From: Zygnema circumcarinatum SAG 698-1b
Lineage: Eukaryota > Plantae > Zygnematophyceae
Length of the DNA stretch: 64,000 nt
Direction: 5' to 3'
NCBI GenBank assembly: GCA_037447605.1
Contig: CM074808.1
Location: forward strand, 1,240,001 to 1,304,000
The notes below the pieces were generated by a model. The model did not search any database and was not told where the DNA came from. It worked only from the letters and a program-made list of their open reading frames with translations. Positions 1 to 11,874 of the stretch are shown piece after piece. Position numbers and translations under genes: made by a program. Position 1 is the stretch's first letter; every line of letters starts with the position of its first letter.

Positions 1-150
1 TTTAACCCTAGCCTTAACCCTAACTCTAGCCTGAACGTTCACGCTAACCCTAAACTCTAACCTAACCCTAACTGTAACTCTAACTCTAACCTTAACCCTA
101 CCCTAGCCCTAACCGTCAGCTGAACCCTGCCGTAAACCCTAACCCTAAAA
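1..150. repeat. Degenerate telomere-like hexamer array (TAACCC/CCCTAA-type, C-rich strand on +)
   Basis: Reads as TAACCC-TAACTG-TAACTC-TAACTC-TAACCT-TAACCC-TAGCCC...TAAACCC-TAACCC, mostly 6-bp period. Truncated by the window start. Confidence 0.75.
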
Positions 151-1304
151 CTCCAACAGCCTACCTGGGATACGGTACGGCGGCACGTGTGACCGCTCGC
201 ATCCAGGAGTTTTGCCAGGTGGCTACCCGTCTAGTGCCACGTGGCGAGGCCCCATTGGCCCGCGATCACTGGGCTGTAAATCGAGGGCCTGTGCGAGCGC
301 AGGATACAGGGCCGTACGGTAATAGTACCAAGGGGGTTTAGGGGAGGTCGAGACTAGGCACACAGTCAAAAGCTGTACGGAGCGAATCTGAGATAGTGGC
401 CAATGGGGGCCTCGCGCTGACTCGGGCCGAGGCGTCACGGCGCACTGCGGGTATGTGGACGGCGATCGGCGGCGTCAGCTGGCCGGACGGACGGACGGAC
501 GGACGCTTGGCGGGCGGCGCCGGGAGGATGGACGGGGCGGGGGAAGGAGCGAGGGAACGTTCTCACAGGTGTCGGTGGGTGCGAATTTAAATACGGCGCG
601 GGGCGGGGCGATAAGGTTGATGGTGAATGTTCGCTCGCTAGCTCGCTCGCGCGCGTGCGGCCGAGCGCCTTGTCGGGGAGCGTTCGGGGCGGTGGGCGCG
701 GGCCGACTCGGGTTTCGGATGAGAGCCGTCCGCGTGTGCGGCAGGGAAAGGGGCGCGGGTGGAAGGGGTACGGTACGGTACCCTCCAAAGCGATAACCAG
801 GAACTTTTCCACTAAGCTCACGCCACACGTGGCGCCAGATGCTGTCGTCTCGAGGGCCGCGCAGATCCGACCGACCAGCAGGTCACACGTGGATCAATCA
901 AAATCAACTCGCGACCTGACGGAGCTCGCAGCCGGGCGCGCAGGGCCCTCCCTCCCTCCCTCCCGCGTGCAGGCCGGCGGCCGGCGGGCGCGCGGACAGC
1001 GAAGTGACACATCATCAAAAGTGGTTTGGATCACGGAACGCAACGGCCGGTTCAAGCTCGAGCGCGCCCGCCCGCCAGCCGATAGGGCACCCCCACGAGT
1101 TGACGTCTGTACGGTCTGTCTGTACGGCGGCGGACCGGCCCGCCCACCTGTCGGCGCGCGCGAGCAGGCCGGGCCGGGCCAGATCTCGTCCGTGCTCCAA
1201 TGCTTGCCACGTCAACATGACCGTACCATATCCCCGGCATCGCTTTACTGTACTGTACCCCATTTTCGAGTGCGAAACAGGGACGGACGCGGCGCCAAGA
1301 CTTT

Positions 1305-2279
1305 CACAGATCGGACCATTAGACAAACCAGTCGACTGGTTGGCAACCAGTGGTTGCGGACCGAAACAACCATTCGACTGGTTGCCAACCAGTGGATGCC
1401 ACTGGTTCGCAACCAGTCGACTGGTTGCCAACCAGTGGCATCCACTGGTTCCAAACCATTCGACTGGTTGCCAACCAGTGGTTGCGGATCGAAACAACCA
1501 TTCGACTGGTTGCCAACCAGTGGTTGCGGACCGAAACAACCATTCGACTGGTTGCCAACCAGTGGCATCCACTGGTTGGAAACCAGTCGACTGGTTGCGA
1601 ACCAGTGGCGCAGGACTGAAACAACCATTCGACTGGTTCGGAACCAGTGATCCAATGGTTGGCAACCATTAAATTGTCGGTGTACGGATCCCCTTATTGT
1701 CGATATACTGTAAATATTTTCCGTACGATTTTCCGATTTTTCGTACGATTTTTTACGATTGCCGGAAAATCGTACGGAAAATATTTACAGTATATCGACA
1801 ATAAGGGGATCCGTACACCGACAATTTAATGGTTGCCAACCATTTGATTTAATGGATATAACCATTCGACTGGTTGGCAACCAGTGCTGCCGGATCGAAA
1901 CAACCATTCGACTGGTTGCCAACCAGTGGATGCCACTGGTTCACAACCAGTCGACTGGTTGCCAACCAGTGCCGCCGGATCGAAACAACCATTCGACTGG
2001 TTGTGAACCAGTGGATGCCACTGGTTCACAACCAGTCGAATGGTTGCCAACCAGTGCCGCCGGATCGAAACAACCATTCGACTGGTTGCCAACCAGTGGC
2101 ATCCACTGGTTCCGAACCAGTCGACTGGTTGCCAACCAGTGGCATCCACTGGTTCCAAACCAGTCGACTGGTTGCCAACCAGTGGCATCCACTGGTTCCA
2201 AACCAGCCGACCAGTAGACGTCCAACCATTGCCATCCAATGGTTGTCCAATGGTTGCCGATCCACTGGTCCGAACTGTG
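1305..2279. mobile_element. Non-autonomous hAT-like DNA transposon (14-bp TIR CACAG[A/T]TCGGACCA, 8-bp TSD) with internal palindromic minisatellite
   Basis: Left end CACAGATCGGACCA (1305); right end TGGTCCGAACTGTG (ends 2279). Flanks AAGACTTT/AAGGCTTT (7/8 match). Both ends recur in the copy at 11529-11770. Interior built from AACCAGTCGACTGGTT and AACCAGTGGATGCCACTGGTT blocks. Confidence 0.8.
1654..1844. repeat. Perfect 82-bp inverted repeat with 27-bp loop (MITE-like hairpin nested in the minisatellite)
   Basis: 1654-1735 is the exact reverse complement of 1763-1844. The AT-rich core 1673-1825 is flanked by TTAA on both sides (1669-1672, 1826-1829). Confidence 0.9.
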
Positions 2280-2664
2280 AAGGCTTTGCAACGTAGCGCG
2301 GGCCTGGCTGCTGACGCACGCAGAATGTCAGAATAGTTTCTGGTTTCTGTTTCGGGCCCTAAACCCGCAAGCTTCCAAAAACCAGGTTGCGCCTGTACAG
2401 CTGTCACATGCGGAAGAAGATTTGGTGTTCGTACAGGGAATCTCCCGTGCCGACGTGGTCGAGGTGATAGCACACTCTGATTGGTTGGATAAGATTTTGT
2501 GTGTGCGCCTATCTCTCCCTCCACTGTGCGCACCCCCCACCGTCTGGAAATCGCACCGGATTTTGAAGTCGATTCGGCTGCCGTACTGTAGCCGCCGCAT
2601 GGAGCAGCGTGGCTCGTTTCACCGTTCGCGTGCACTGAACTGAGCACGGAACGCCCCGGGCGGG

Positions 2665-5600
2665 ATGCGGAGCGGTGGCGCGTGTGAAGTGAGGCGGGCA
2701 GGCACCTGGAGCGCGGAGGCAAAGGGGGAGGAGGTCCTGCATGGCATGCATGGCGTGTGCGCACTAGGGCGGCCATGGCCATGGTGCCGGCGTGAGGAAA
2801 GCCAGGCCTGGGGGAGGGAAGGGGAGGGTGCTTTCGGTGCTGGTATGCAGCCATGCCGTGGTGATGGCTTTGAATTGGATATGGAAGAGCCGCTGTTGCT
2901 GAGAGAGGAGGGAAGGCTGCCATTTGGACGCTTATTGGATCCCAAAGAAGGGGGAAAGCAAGGCGGAGAGAGTAGGACTTCTGCTGGAATCCTGAAGGAG
3001 CCGGCCTTCATTCTATCTCGGGCAGAACAGGAGCAACGCGAAGCCTTTAAGCTGTTCGCAAAAGCGCAGGATGATTTTGTTGTTGGAAGGGAGAAGGGAG
3101 TCGCATACAAGGCGGCGCAGACATTTGTATGGGGCGATGATTTTGTGGTGCTGAAGGACCTGGCATCTGCATTGCAGCGGCGAGAGCAGAGGCCGTCTGG
3201 AAGGTGAGGTGTAATCGCTACTTGGTTGCGCCTTCCGCTGTGTGGAATGGGCTGTGCATCTTCTGCAAAATCCTCGGCAACTCTCATGTGGAGAGTGCAG
3301 CGCCCGAACAGGAAGGCTGGAAAAGAAAATGAAACGAGAAAAATTAAAAAAATGAAAAAATGATGGGACATGACTAATGCCTGAGACGATTTCCTGCTTC
3401 CCAGGCATTAATTTGGGCTTTCTGACATACCTGAAGGTGATACAACACAAGTCCTGCTGGGATGGCTGGCCTTTCATATTTCTAGCTTTAGTAGTCGATT
3501 GCGAAGTGCAGGTACTCCGTCGTGATGCTGGGCTGTTATAGTGGAAGAGATGGATAATTTGAGGTTTGGCCAATCGAGCCATAAAGCCCCCAGGACATCG
3601 GCACCCGTCAGCCAGTGGGTTTTTAAGGTTCCGACTTGACAATTAACATAATCAAAATCAGTAATTATTAGCATGTCTGGCAAGAGCCGAAGTAAGCCTA
3701 ACCTCGAGACAGAAATGCACGGGCTCATCAGTCGTTTGCTGCAAAAGGTTACATTCCGTAGAGGCCAGATCTGATTCCCCACAACATAAAACCTTCGTCC
3801 AAGCCCATCAAATTCGCCTCTCTTAAACTCTAGTACGTCTCTGTCCAACACTGCGTTATGCAGAGCTTTCCCGGAAAATTTCTGGGCTTTGCCTCCTTCT
3901 TGTGATCGTTCTGTTCCAGCTTTGTCCTCTGGGCAACATCCGCTCCTGAGGCGGGTTTTCTTCTTGCCCATGTGATTTTGTTGGAAGGGACAACTTCTTC
4001 TATAGTCAGAGTTATGGTCAGCGCCAAGTTAGTCGACTGATGCACAGGATGCGTTTCTCATTCCGCAGGTGTACCAGCAATGCGAAGAGCATTCCCCTCA
4101 GGAAAAGCAGCCGCCATGGCAGTGCGGCTGAACGGTGGATGGAGAGCGGCTACGAGAAGGGGGAGTCCTCTCTCTCCGGCTCGCAGACCTCAATGGCTGC
4201 CAAACACGTGGCACGCAGACGGCAGATGGAGCTCAACCTCAAAGTGGCCATAACGCAGCTCACTGTGCTGCAGAGGTATCCTATTCCATGCCGAGCTCAG
4301 ACTACCCCCTTGATTCAACGTTGATCAACGGTTGGATTCTACTGCAATACACACATAACTGTTCCTTCAAGATGAGAACGTGGTGATGTGTTCTCTGCAG
4401 GTGGGAGCCGGGAACAAGGGACCTTGCTGCTCAGTGGGCGGTGTGGATGCTGCGAACCCTTCGGAAGCTTTCGCAGTGTCCGCGATCAGCTCAGCTGCTG
4501 CTGTTCACCGTCTTCTCCGCCACTCTTCAGCGAATCGGCCGTAACGCAATGGCTGCTGCAGAGGAGAGCCAAGGGGGGCAGGTTATCCCCTGAACCTTTC
4601 TAGGGTTTGCAGGATGTGGGATCGGTCTTTCATTTTCATGAATGCATCGTAAAGAAGTTCGCTACAGTTGCTGTAGGGCACCTTCGGGGTGGAGGTTGAT
4701 TCGATTAGAAGCAGAAAGGAGTGAGGGGGAGATTTGGGATGGTTGCAGCTTTTCCGTACAGTGGAGAAGATGCTGCGTGCCCTGGAGAAGAGTCGTTGCT
4801 GCTTTTCTGCCGTTCAGTGGGAGCCTCTCCAGGACCGCATTGCAGACTGCCGCCGTCTTCTGCGACAAGCTGTAAATGCAGCTTTCCCGCCACTCATCAC
4901 AGCGAACCCATCTCCCGCAAAGCTCTCTCCACTGCATTTACGGATCGAACATCAGGAGCAGCGAAACCAGCAGCAGAGCAGGCTGAGTGGAGAAGGTTTC
5001 TGCAAGAGTGGGGGCCCCTCTGCAATGGAAGGAGAGTTTGGGTTCAGTGAAGGTGGAGGTGGAGGTGCTGATTGCAAGTCGTATAAGAGGGAAAGTGCGG
5101 AAGTTCACAGGGGAGTGGCAGAGCCCTCTCTGCCTTGTCAATGGGAGAGGCAGACAGTGATGCGAGTGTCTTGTTTTGGAGAAACTGCCACTGAAGGACG
5201 AAGTGAGGGGGGATGCATCCCCATAGAAGAGGACAAAGTGGAGGGGGCGGAATGCACAGATCTTAAAGGCAAGGCAGCAGCATGGCCGAAATTGGGGGAA
5301 GCTTATGTGCAGCAGGAAGGTTGTTCAAGCAAGGGGAAGTCTGCCACTGCTGAATATGCAGGGGGGGCATCTTCAAACGGTGTGGAAGAGAGTCCTCTCT
5401 ATACAGCGGAAGAGCTGTTCAGCAACGAGCTGCTGCAGCAGGAGGGAGTGCGCACGTTGGTGAGCTCTTTTTCGGCTCTTCTCCCTCTCTTGTAGTTCTT
5501 TGCAGGCAGCAGTCTAACACTGACATCGGCTCATCTTCAGTTTTGGGGGAAAACTTGCAGTCAGGATTAAAACCCATTTCCACATTGCAATGAAATGTTT

Positions 5601-7776
5601 GCTCCATGAGTCACCATCGGGAATATGGCTATGTGACTCGCAGGTGATGCGAGCTCTGCGGGAAAAGAATGGCGGCGGTAGCGAAGAGCACTATGCTTCA
5701 AACTGGCGGCTATGGGGCGGGGAAGCACCCAAGGAAGGGGAGGTCGCAGGTATGGCAGCTACTCTCGTGTCATAAGAAAAGGAGGAGTGGTAGAGGGGTT
5801 TCGCTTTTAAATGTCTGTCTACATATAGGAACGTCAAGTGATGGCTGTGTCATATCGCAGATTGATGTTGAACAGTGTTGGATGACTGCTATTACTTGGC
5901 GAAGAAACGTTCACTGCAGCTCACTTAGTACTGCGAAAGGATAAGTGGCCCATCTTTCCCTGTAATCCCGCCCTCCCGTGTTTGAAAGGATTGTGGGAGT
6001 ATGTGATGGGGTGGTGCAGTCTCCTTGCTCTGCCCTTTATCGTCACGTCGCATCCAGGTGAGGCAGCATACAGACCCTCTTTTGAAGACAGAACTTGCTT
6101 TGAAACCCTCCAGCTTTGCAAAACCATGGCAGCTCTATGGGTCGCAGTGCATCTGAACCTTCCATTCTTTCTTTGAATAATGTATTGCATGTATTGTCTC
6201 TGAAAATGTGGCCAGGTGCCGGCGAGAGGGAGCCTTTGTCTCCATCGAGAAGTCTTTGATCTCGACTGTTATCTGCAGGCTCAGGAGGGGAAAGTTGGTG
6301 CGACCTTTGCAGAAGGCGGCAAGTTTTCGGCTGTTCCTTGGAAATGTCCGATTTGCGGAAATTCAGCGACTTGGCCGATGCTGCAAGTTGACAGTTTTTT
6401 GCTCAGGTCTGCCACAAATCTGATACGAAATTGAATCATTCTGGCAGATGATGCGGGTGAACGGAAGTGAGGAAGGTTAATGTCGACATATAGAATGAGG
6501 TCTTGTTTGGTTTTTGATGTGTACATGTGGTCTTATGTCACTGAGTGGACTTGAATGTATAACCACAGTCCAAACGATGCCACGTTCTTGGTGATGTGGC
6601 ACTTCTTCATTGGCCCTTCACAAGGTGGCTCGCAAACGGAATGGAGATCAATCTCTGACTTTGTAGACCTCTTTCTTTACATCTTTATCTCGTATCTCTC
6701 GCTGCCGAGGCTTGGTTTGTTATATCGAAAGCTCAGCTCAGATATTGCGGAACATGATTTACTGGCACATATATTCTGTATTCTGTATTCTGTATTCGAC
6801 ATGTACGCTTACTTCGACCGCTAAGCTTTGCTGCAGAATTCTGCGTTCGACGACCGAAGCAGCGAAAGCAGTGCTGATCCCTCTGCATCGCGAACAGCGA
6901 GACAGGTCTCAATATGGCTCGCAGACCAACATTGCCTCAGGAGGGAAGCAAGTGAGTCTGGAAGCACGCTCAGTGGGAATAGCAGGCAGGGGGATGTCTG
7001 AGGAAAACAGAGCAGCCGATCCCGAAAGCATGTACAATTGCGAAAAGAGTTCTGTCTTGAAGTGGATGTCAAGCAGTTTGCGGCTACATGGGGGAGAAGG
7101 TGTTGAGAGGAGGGAGAGTTGTGGGAGGAGTGGGCGAGGAGTGGATCGTGAATGTGGAGGTAGTGTCAGGGGGGAGGATATGCGACAATGGAACGGCAGT
7201 TTTTGGGAGCAAGAAAGGTCGTCCCTACATAAGTGGACGGCTTCTTGCTTGTATTCTCCGTATGAGCGTCAGGGTACTCAGGAAGATATCAATCCGCACT
7301 CTTCAGCAAAAGGCATTTTGAAGGGGGGGACTGGTGAAAGTGAGACTGCTAAGGTGCACCAACAGGGAGCAGGAGTGGATGGAAAAACTGCTGATTGGGA
7401 GGGCACTGTGATGAAGCAAGGTCAGGAAGTTGAAGGTGGAGAGCTGAATTTTGTCATTCAGTGTGAAAGGAGGCCGGAAGTGTGCTCTGTTGGGAACATG
7501 GACAGGAATGGGACAGAAGGGCTGGAAGGGATTATTAGGACGTTGGAGAGGGGAGTAGAGAGGAGAGGTTGGGGCCCATCCGATTGGAAGGTTGTCGCCA
7601 TAAAGGCTCAAATGCTGAACAGCGATCGAGGCAACGTGTGTGCTTTGGATGGATACGCGGGAGACAATAAGGACGAGACTAAAGAATCCTTTGTTGCCCC
7701 TGCAAAGTACGAGGTGCCAAAGGAGCCTCGCTCGCAGCCAAGGGCTCGCAGAAAACAAATGTCCACGAGGTTCTAA
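2665..7776 (+). CDS. Multi-exon SP-RING (zf-MIZ) domain protein, putative SUMO E3-ligase-like
   Basis: In-frame spliced exons ~2665-3203, 4069-4275, 4401-~4580, ~4760-5460, 5644-5749, 6020-6057, 6216-6406, 6837-7776. The spliced product [33 protein letters not shown]...WKCPICG...VDSFLLRIL matches the zf-MIZ pattern CPL..RI..PARG..C.H...FD...YL...W.CP.C. Start codon and exon 3/4 junction uncertain. Confidence 0.75.
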
Positions 7777-8734
7777 GAGTGCACCTTTCAGACGTGCATG
7801 GGAGGGGGGGGGCTGAGTTAGAGGGTTCCATTCCTTAGCAGCAGAGGGGGGGTTAGCTCATCGGCGCACTGTCCGTTTTTTGTCGTGGCCTCGTCTGTCC
7901 ACGCATGCTTTCTAAGCATGGGCAGTGCGTGGGCTGAGCCGGCAGACCGTTCCATGTGGTTTGCAGCAGCGGCAGCAGCAGCACCTTCATGTTAATCTCC
8001 ATGCCCTGGCTGCTCCGGGCCGTTCTATATTCCGTTGTACCAAGGCAAACATGAGCATGGAAGCGCTTTTTCCTTCTTCAGAAGTGTTCATCTGACTTCG
8101 CCTTTCTCTTGGCAATGTTCCAAACCGTTTTTGGTTGTACGGGTCTTCTCCTTCCAGCTTAATTTGGCTTGAAGAGTGGGAGATTTTTGGGGCGTGCACT
8201 GAAAGCCCTAAAAACTTGCCACGTTTCATTTTTGGACGGGATCCACACCATTGCTTTTTTCTTGTGAGATGTTTTGATAATCAAAAAGCAGCTGTATAGC
8301 TGCCTGTACACATGGAGCCTGTGGTCCACCCTTTGACCCGTAGATAGGATAGATCAGAGATGCCTTCTGGCTTTGGTTCCAAACAAGAAATTGCAACAAG
8401 ACCTTTTCCACCTAGAGAGATGGAGTTTTCATCGCCAATAAATTGCTTAAAAAAAAAAAAAAAGAAAAAAAAAAAACTTGAAAAATGCCCGCGAAGGCTG
8501 TACATGGCTTGGCCTGTTTATGTGGGCTACAGCTTCAGAGGACTTATTTGCAATTAATTGACGGAAAACCCCTAAGCTACCTTTGTCCTCTACTTTGTGT
8601 CCACTACAGAACTACACATTTCTTAATAATCTGTAGTGCGTAGAGCCAGAATCCCGACCCTATCAGCGGACCATCCGTTTAAGACATGCATCCTACAAAA
8701 CTGTCTAGAGGATGTCCCTAAAGGGCCGCGGCCG

Positions 8735-10907
8735 TCACGTGAAGACCGACACTGCCAGCATGAGCAGCAGCCCCCCCAAGAAGAGGCAGCCCTCCCCCAC
8801 GCCATGCGCCGCGCTGGGGGCGCTCTGCTCGCCCAACTGATGCATCACCACGTACAGCACTGTGCCTGCCCCCCCCCACAGCCCCCCCCCATGCAGGTCA
8901 GCATCACTGCATGCTGGGCCACTCAGTATTTGCGCTTAACCATATTTCACGTAAGTCATGCAAAGCAGCAGCAGCACCCACCAGCTCCAAATGCCTGCAG
9001 AAGGTTCGCCAGCACCACTCCCGCGGGGCCTTGTACGAGCAGAGTCGCCATGCCTGCGACGATGCCGAGGGGGGTCATGGCGCAGTAGAGCAGCATCACT
9101 GCCACCGTCTTGCCAACGGACACCTCCTCTCGCACGAACTGCACCAACAAAAGACAACCCTTCAGCTCCACCACCACTGCTGCTGTGCTTTCGCCAGAAT
9201 CTGCCGGCAAATAAAAGCTCAGATGCTTCCTGAAGTATGGAAGAACAAATCTGGCATTTTTGAAATCGCCAACAGGCCTTCTCTCCCGCAATGACGAGCT
9301 CCCTTAATGCCTCCACCTGCATTTTTTACAGGACGAGCCGACCCACCTGCAGTCCCACTGAGAACGCTTCTGCGCCTTTGTGCGCCACCAAAGCGATGAA
9401 GAGACTGAGGGTGCCGTCCAAGGTGTGCGCGGACCCCAGGGCCGCTCCGACCACAAAGGAATGCAGCGAGAGCAGGCCGGCGAGCAGGTACGACATGGCG
9501 CCATTCCCCTGCAGCACCACGTGGTGGTGCTGAGAGCCATGCTTGTGCTTGTGAAGGGATTCACACTGGTCTGAGTTCGAACCGCCCTGAACCTCTGACA
9601 TTTGTCCCCAGTCATGGGAGTGTCCTAAAGCATTTTGGCCATCCGTGGAATAACTTTGCCGATGGTGATGGTGGGAACCTGCCCGCACGAGAGGGGTTGC
9701 AGCATCGACGACAGCATAAGGAGAGCAGTCGAGATGGTGATTCTCAGCGTCTCCGCTCTCAACCTGTCCGTGCTCTTCACAACTACCGCTAACGTCTGCG
9801 TAGTCTTTTGACAAGGGCAGGCTGTTCGAACTGTCTGCATTTTTGGCTGCAGAAGGACTCGCAATCCGCTCCCGGCTGTGTACTGGCATAGGAGCACACA
9901 CGACCGGCCCATATGATGCCACAGTCTCCACCTGCATAGGCTCAAATCCCCTTATGTTGTCCATTTAACACATGTGGAGAGAGAAACCCTTCCTACAACA
10001 GGGTCGACATCTTCTACACGAATACAGGTGTTATGGTGTTCACCTGAACATAGCAGATGCTGCCCCCACCGCACTTCTCCGCCTGCGCTGTCACAGCCAA
10101 CACGCGTCCACCATCGAGGCCCCACCGCGCCTGCCCCTGCCGTTCTATGAACCAGACTACCACAAAGCCGATGGCTGCCACGCTGAAGGCCAAAGGAAAC
10201 TCCCGTCCATCGGGAAGCTTGCTCAGCCCGGCTTGTTGAAGACCGTTGTTCGCTTCAGGTAGCATGTGGAGAAGGCTGACTCCCAGAAACACGCCAGCAG
10301 CAAACATTCGGCAAGCGACGGTGATGGCATTCTGCTCAATGAAACAAGCAACGATGCCAACGATTCTCGAGGTTAAAAAGTCATCGGTATCATGCTTACA
10401 CGCAGTGGTTTGAAAACGATAAAGAAAAACTGGCAAAAAAGAAAAAGCTGAAGGGCGTCCCTGCGCTTTAACGCGGATTTTCAGCCAGATCATCCATTCC
10501 TAGGAGGATTACCTGCATTTTTACAAAAAAAAAGCCCTATTCCCAGGTGGTACCCTGAACTCCATTCCTTAATTTCAAGATTGAACCTGGATGTTCTAGA
10601 TTTAGAGTCGTTGCCACCATCTTTAGCCCTCACAATTACTGCGCTCTCCCTCCTCCCCTTCCCCCAAACTGTGTGAAGGCAGAACAAAGATCCCATTAGA
10701 GAAATTCGCATATCCCTTGCATAGTAGGAAACTCACTCGATGCTTTTCCGAAACAGAGCTCAGTCGCAGCGGAAGGAAGCTGCCCGCGAGAGAGATGACT
10801 ACGACTGTGAAGAGCGCGCACAGCTTAAAGCTGGTCACTGACCAGTCCGACCCGCGAAGCTCCTGCCCCGGCCCCCATGGCCCCACCCACCGCTCCCCTC
10901 CGTCCAT
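8735..10907 (-). CDS. ZIP-family (Zrt/Irt-like) zinc/iron permease, 5 exons
   Basis: Motifs FAAGVFLGVSLLHMLPEA, a His-rich loop (HHHH, HSH, HKHKH), LLSLHSFVVGAALG, AHKGAEAF, MTPLG and final exon GTVLYVVMHQ...LAVSVFT*. GT-AG junctions stay in frame. Confidence 0.9.
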
Positions 10908-11528
10908 GGCGCTTCCCCCCCCTCCCCTCCCCCTCTCCCCTCTCTCACCTCCCCCTTCCCGCCATGGCGGACCCCATCACGTCCAAGTCAACTTCACGGG
11001 CGCCTTCAAGTTTCAAACCGGTCGCAAACCTGGTTTGCAGCCAAAGGGGCCACGTCATTGGAGGAGGGGAATTCCAATGACAGGACACCACGTGGCAGAC
11101 CAAAATCATTTTGCTGTTTTTCTGTTTTGAATAGGAAACAAAATCTAAAAACAATGAATCCGTACTTACGTGGCAGAATGAGATTGGCCAAGCAAAAATA
11201 GCGAAGCTGGGGCCGCGCTTATCCGACAGACCAACATAAGGACTTCCGGTTAATCAATTGGTATCCGCCACGTGGTACTTACAAGCGACTTGCGGACCAA
11301 GTACCGGTACTTCGCAGTTGACTCCTACGGTGGGAAAAGGACGAGAATAATCTACTGGTTTTGGGGACGAGGTTCGGGAAAGTCGAACCTTTGCACACCG
11401 TACCGCCTGTACGGTTTACGGGTTATAACTTTTACGGGCAAAAAGTCCGTAAAAGGGACTCTCAGGGTTTTAGATTTTAGAATTGGAGAACTATATATAC
11501 CCTGCCCCCCCTGTTTTTTGAAACCCTG

Positions 11529-11770
11529 CACAGTTCGGACCAGTGGATCGGCAACCATTGGACAACCATTGGATGGCAATGGTTGGACGTCTACTGGTTG
11601 GCAACCAGTCGACTGGTTGCCAACCAGTGGATGGATGCCACTGGTTGGCAACCAGTCGAATGGTTGTTTCGATCCGGCGGCACTGGTTGGCAACCAGTCG
11701 AATGGTTGTTTCGATCCGGCGGCACTGGTTGGCAACCAGTCGAATGGTTTGTCTAATGGTCCGATCTGTG
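11529..11770. mobile_element. Short (242-bp) inverted copy of the hAT-like palindromic-minisatellite element
   Basis: Ends CACAGTTCGGACCA / TGGTCCGATCTGTG, with a perfect 8-bp TSD AAACCCTG (11521-11528, 11771-11778). Confidence 0.9.
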
Positions 11771-11874
11771 AAACCCTGCCCTTCCATTTTGGCTATCCCG
11801 CCCCTTGTTTTGGGATATCCCGCCCCTTGTTTTGGATACCCCCCCCCCCCCTGTTTTCTCCTTCTCACACATCA

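Noticed and set aside
244-415. 17-bp imperfect inverted repeat (GCGAGGCCCCATTGGCC)
   Set aside because: Too short, with no TSD or second copy in the window.
1305-1311. CACAG tip resembling the RAG/Transib RSS heptamer (CACAGTG)
   Set aside because: The TSD is 8 bp rather than 5 bp and no nonamer is seen, so hAT-like fits better.
1311-2260. CRISPR-like look of palindromic repeats
   Set aside because: There are no unique spacers, the units are contiguous, no cas genes are present, the context is eukaryotic, and the array is bounded by TIRs and TSDs.
1004-2336. Many overlapping ORFs in all six frames (WLPTSG, ATGWQP repeats); same at 11272-11958 and 29543-30799
   Set aside because: They arise from the stop-poor palindromic minisatellite and show no protein-like complexity.
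4276-4400. Donor GTATCCTA resembling a U12 GT-AG intron in the SP-RING gene
   Set aside because: It mismatches the TCCTT consensus, the best branch-like motif is ~35 nt from the AG, and the acceptor is ordinary. Probably U2-type.
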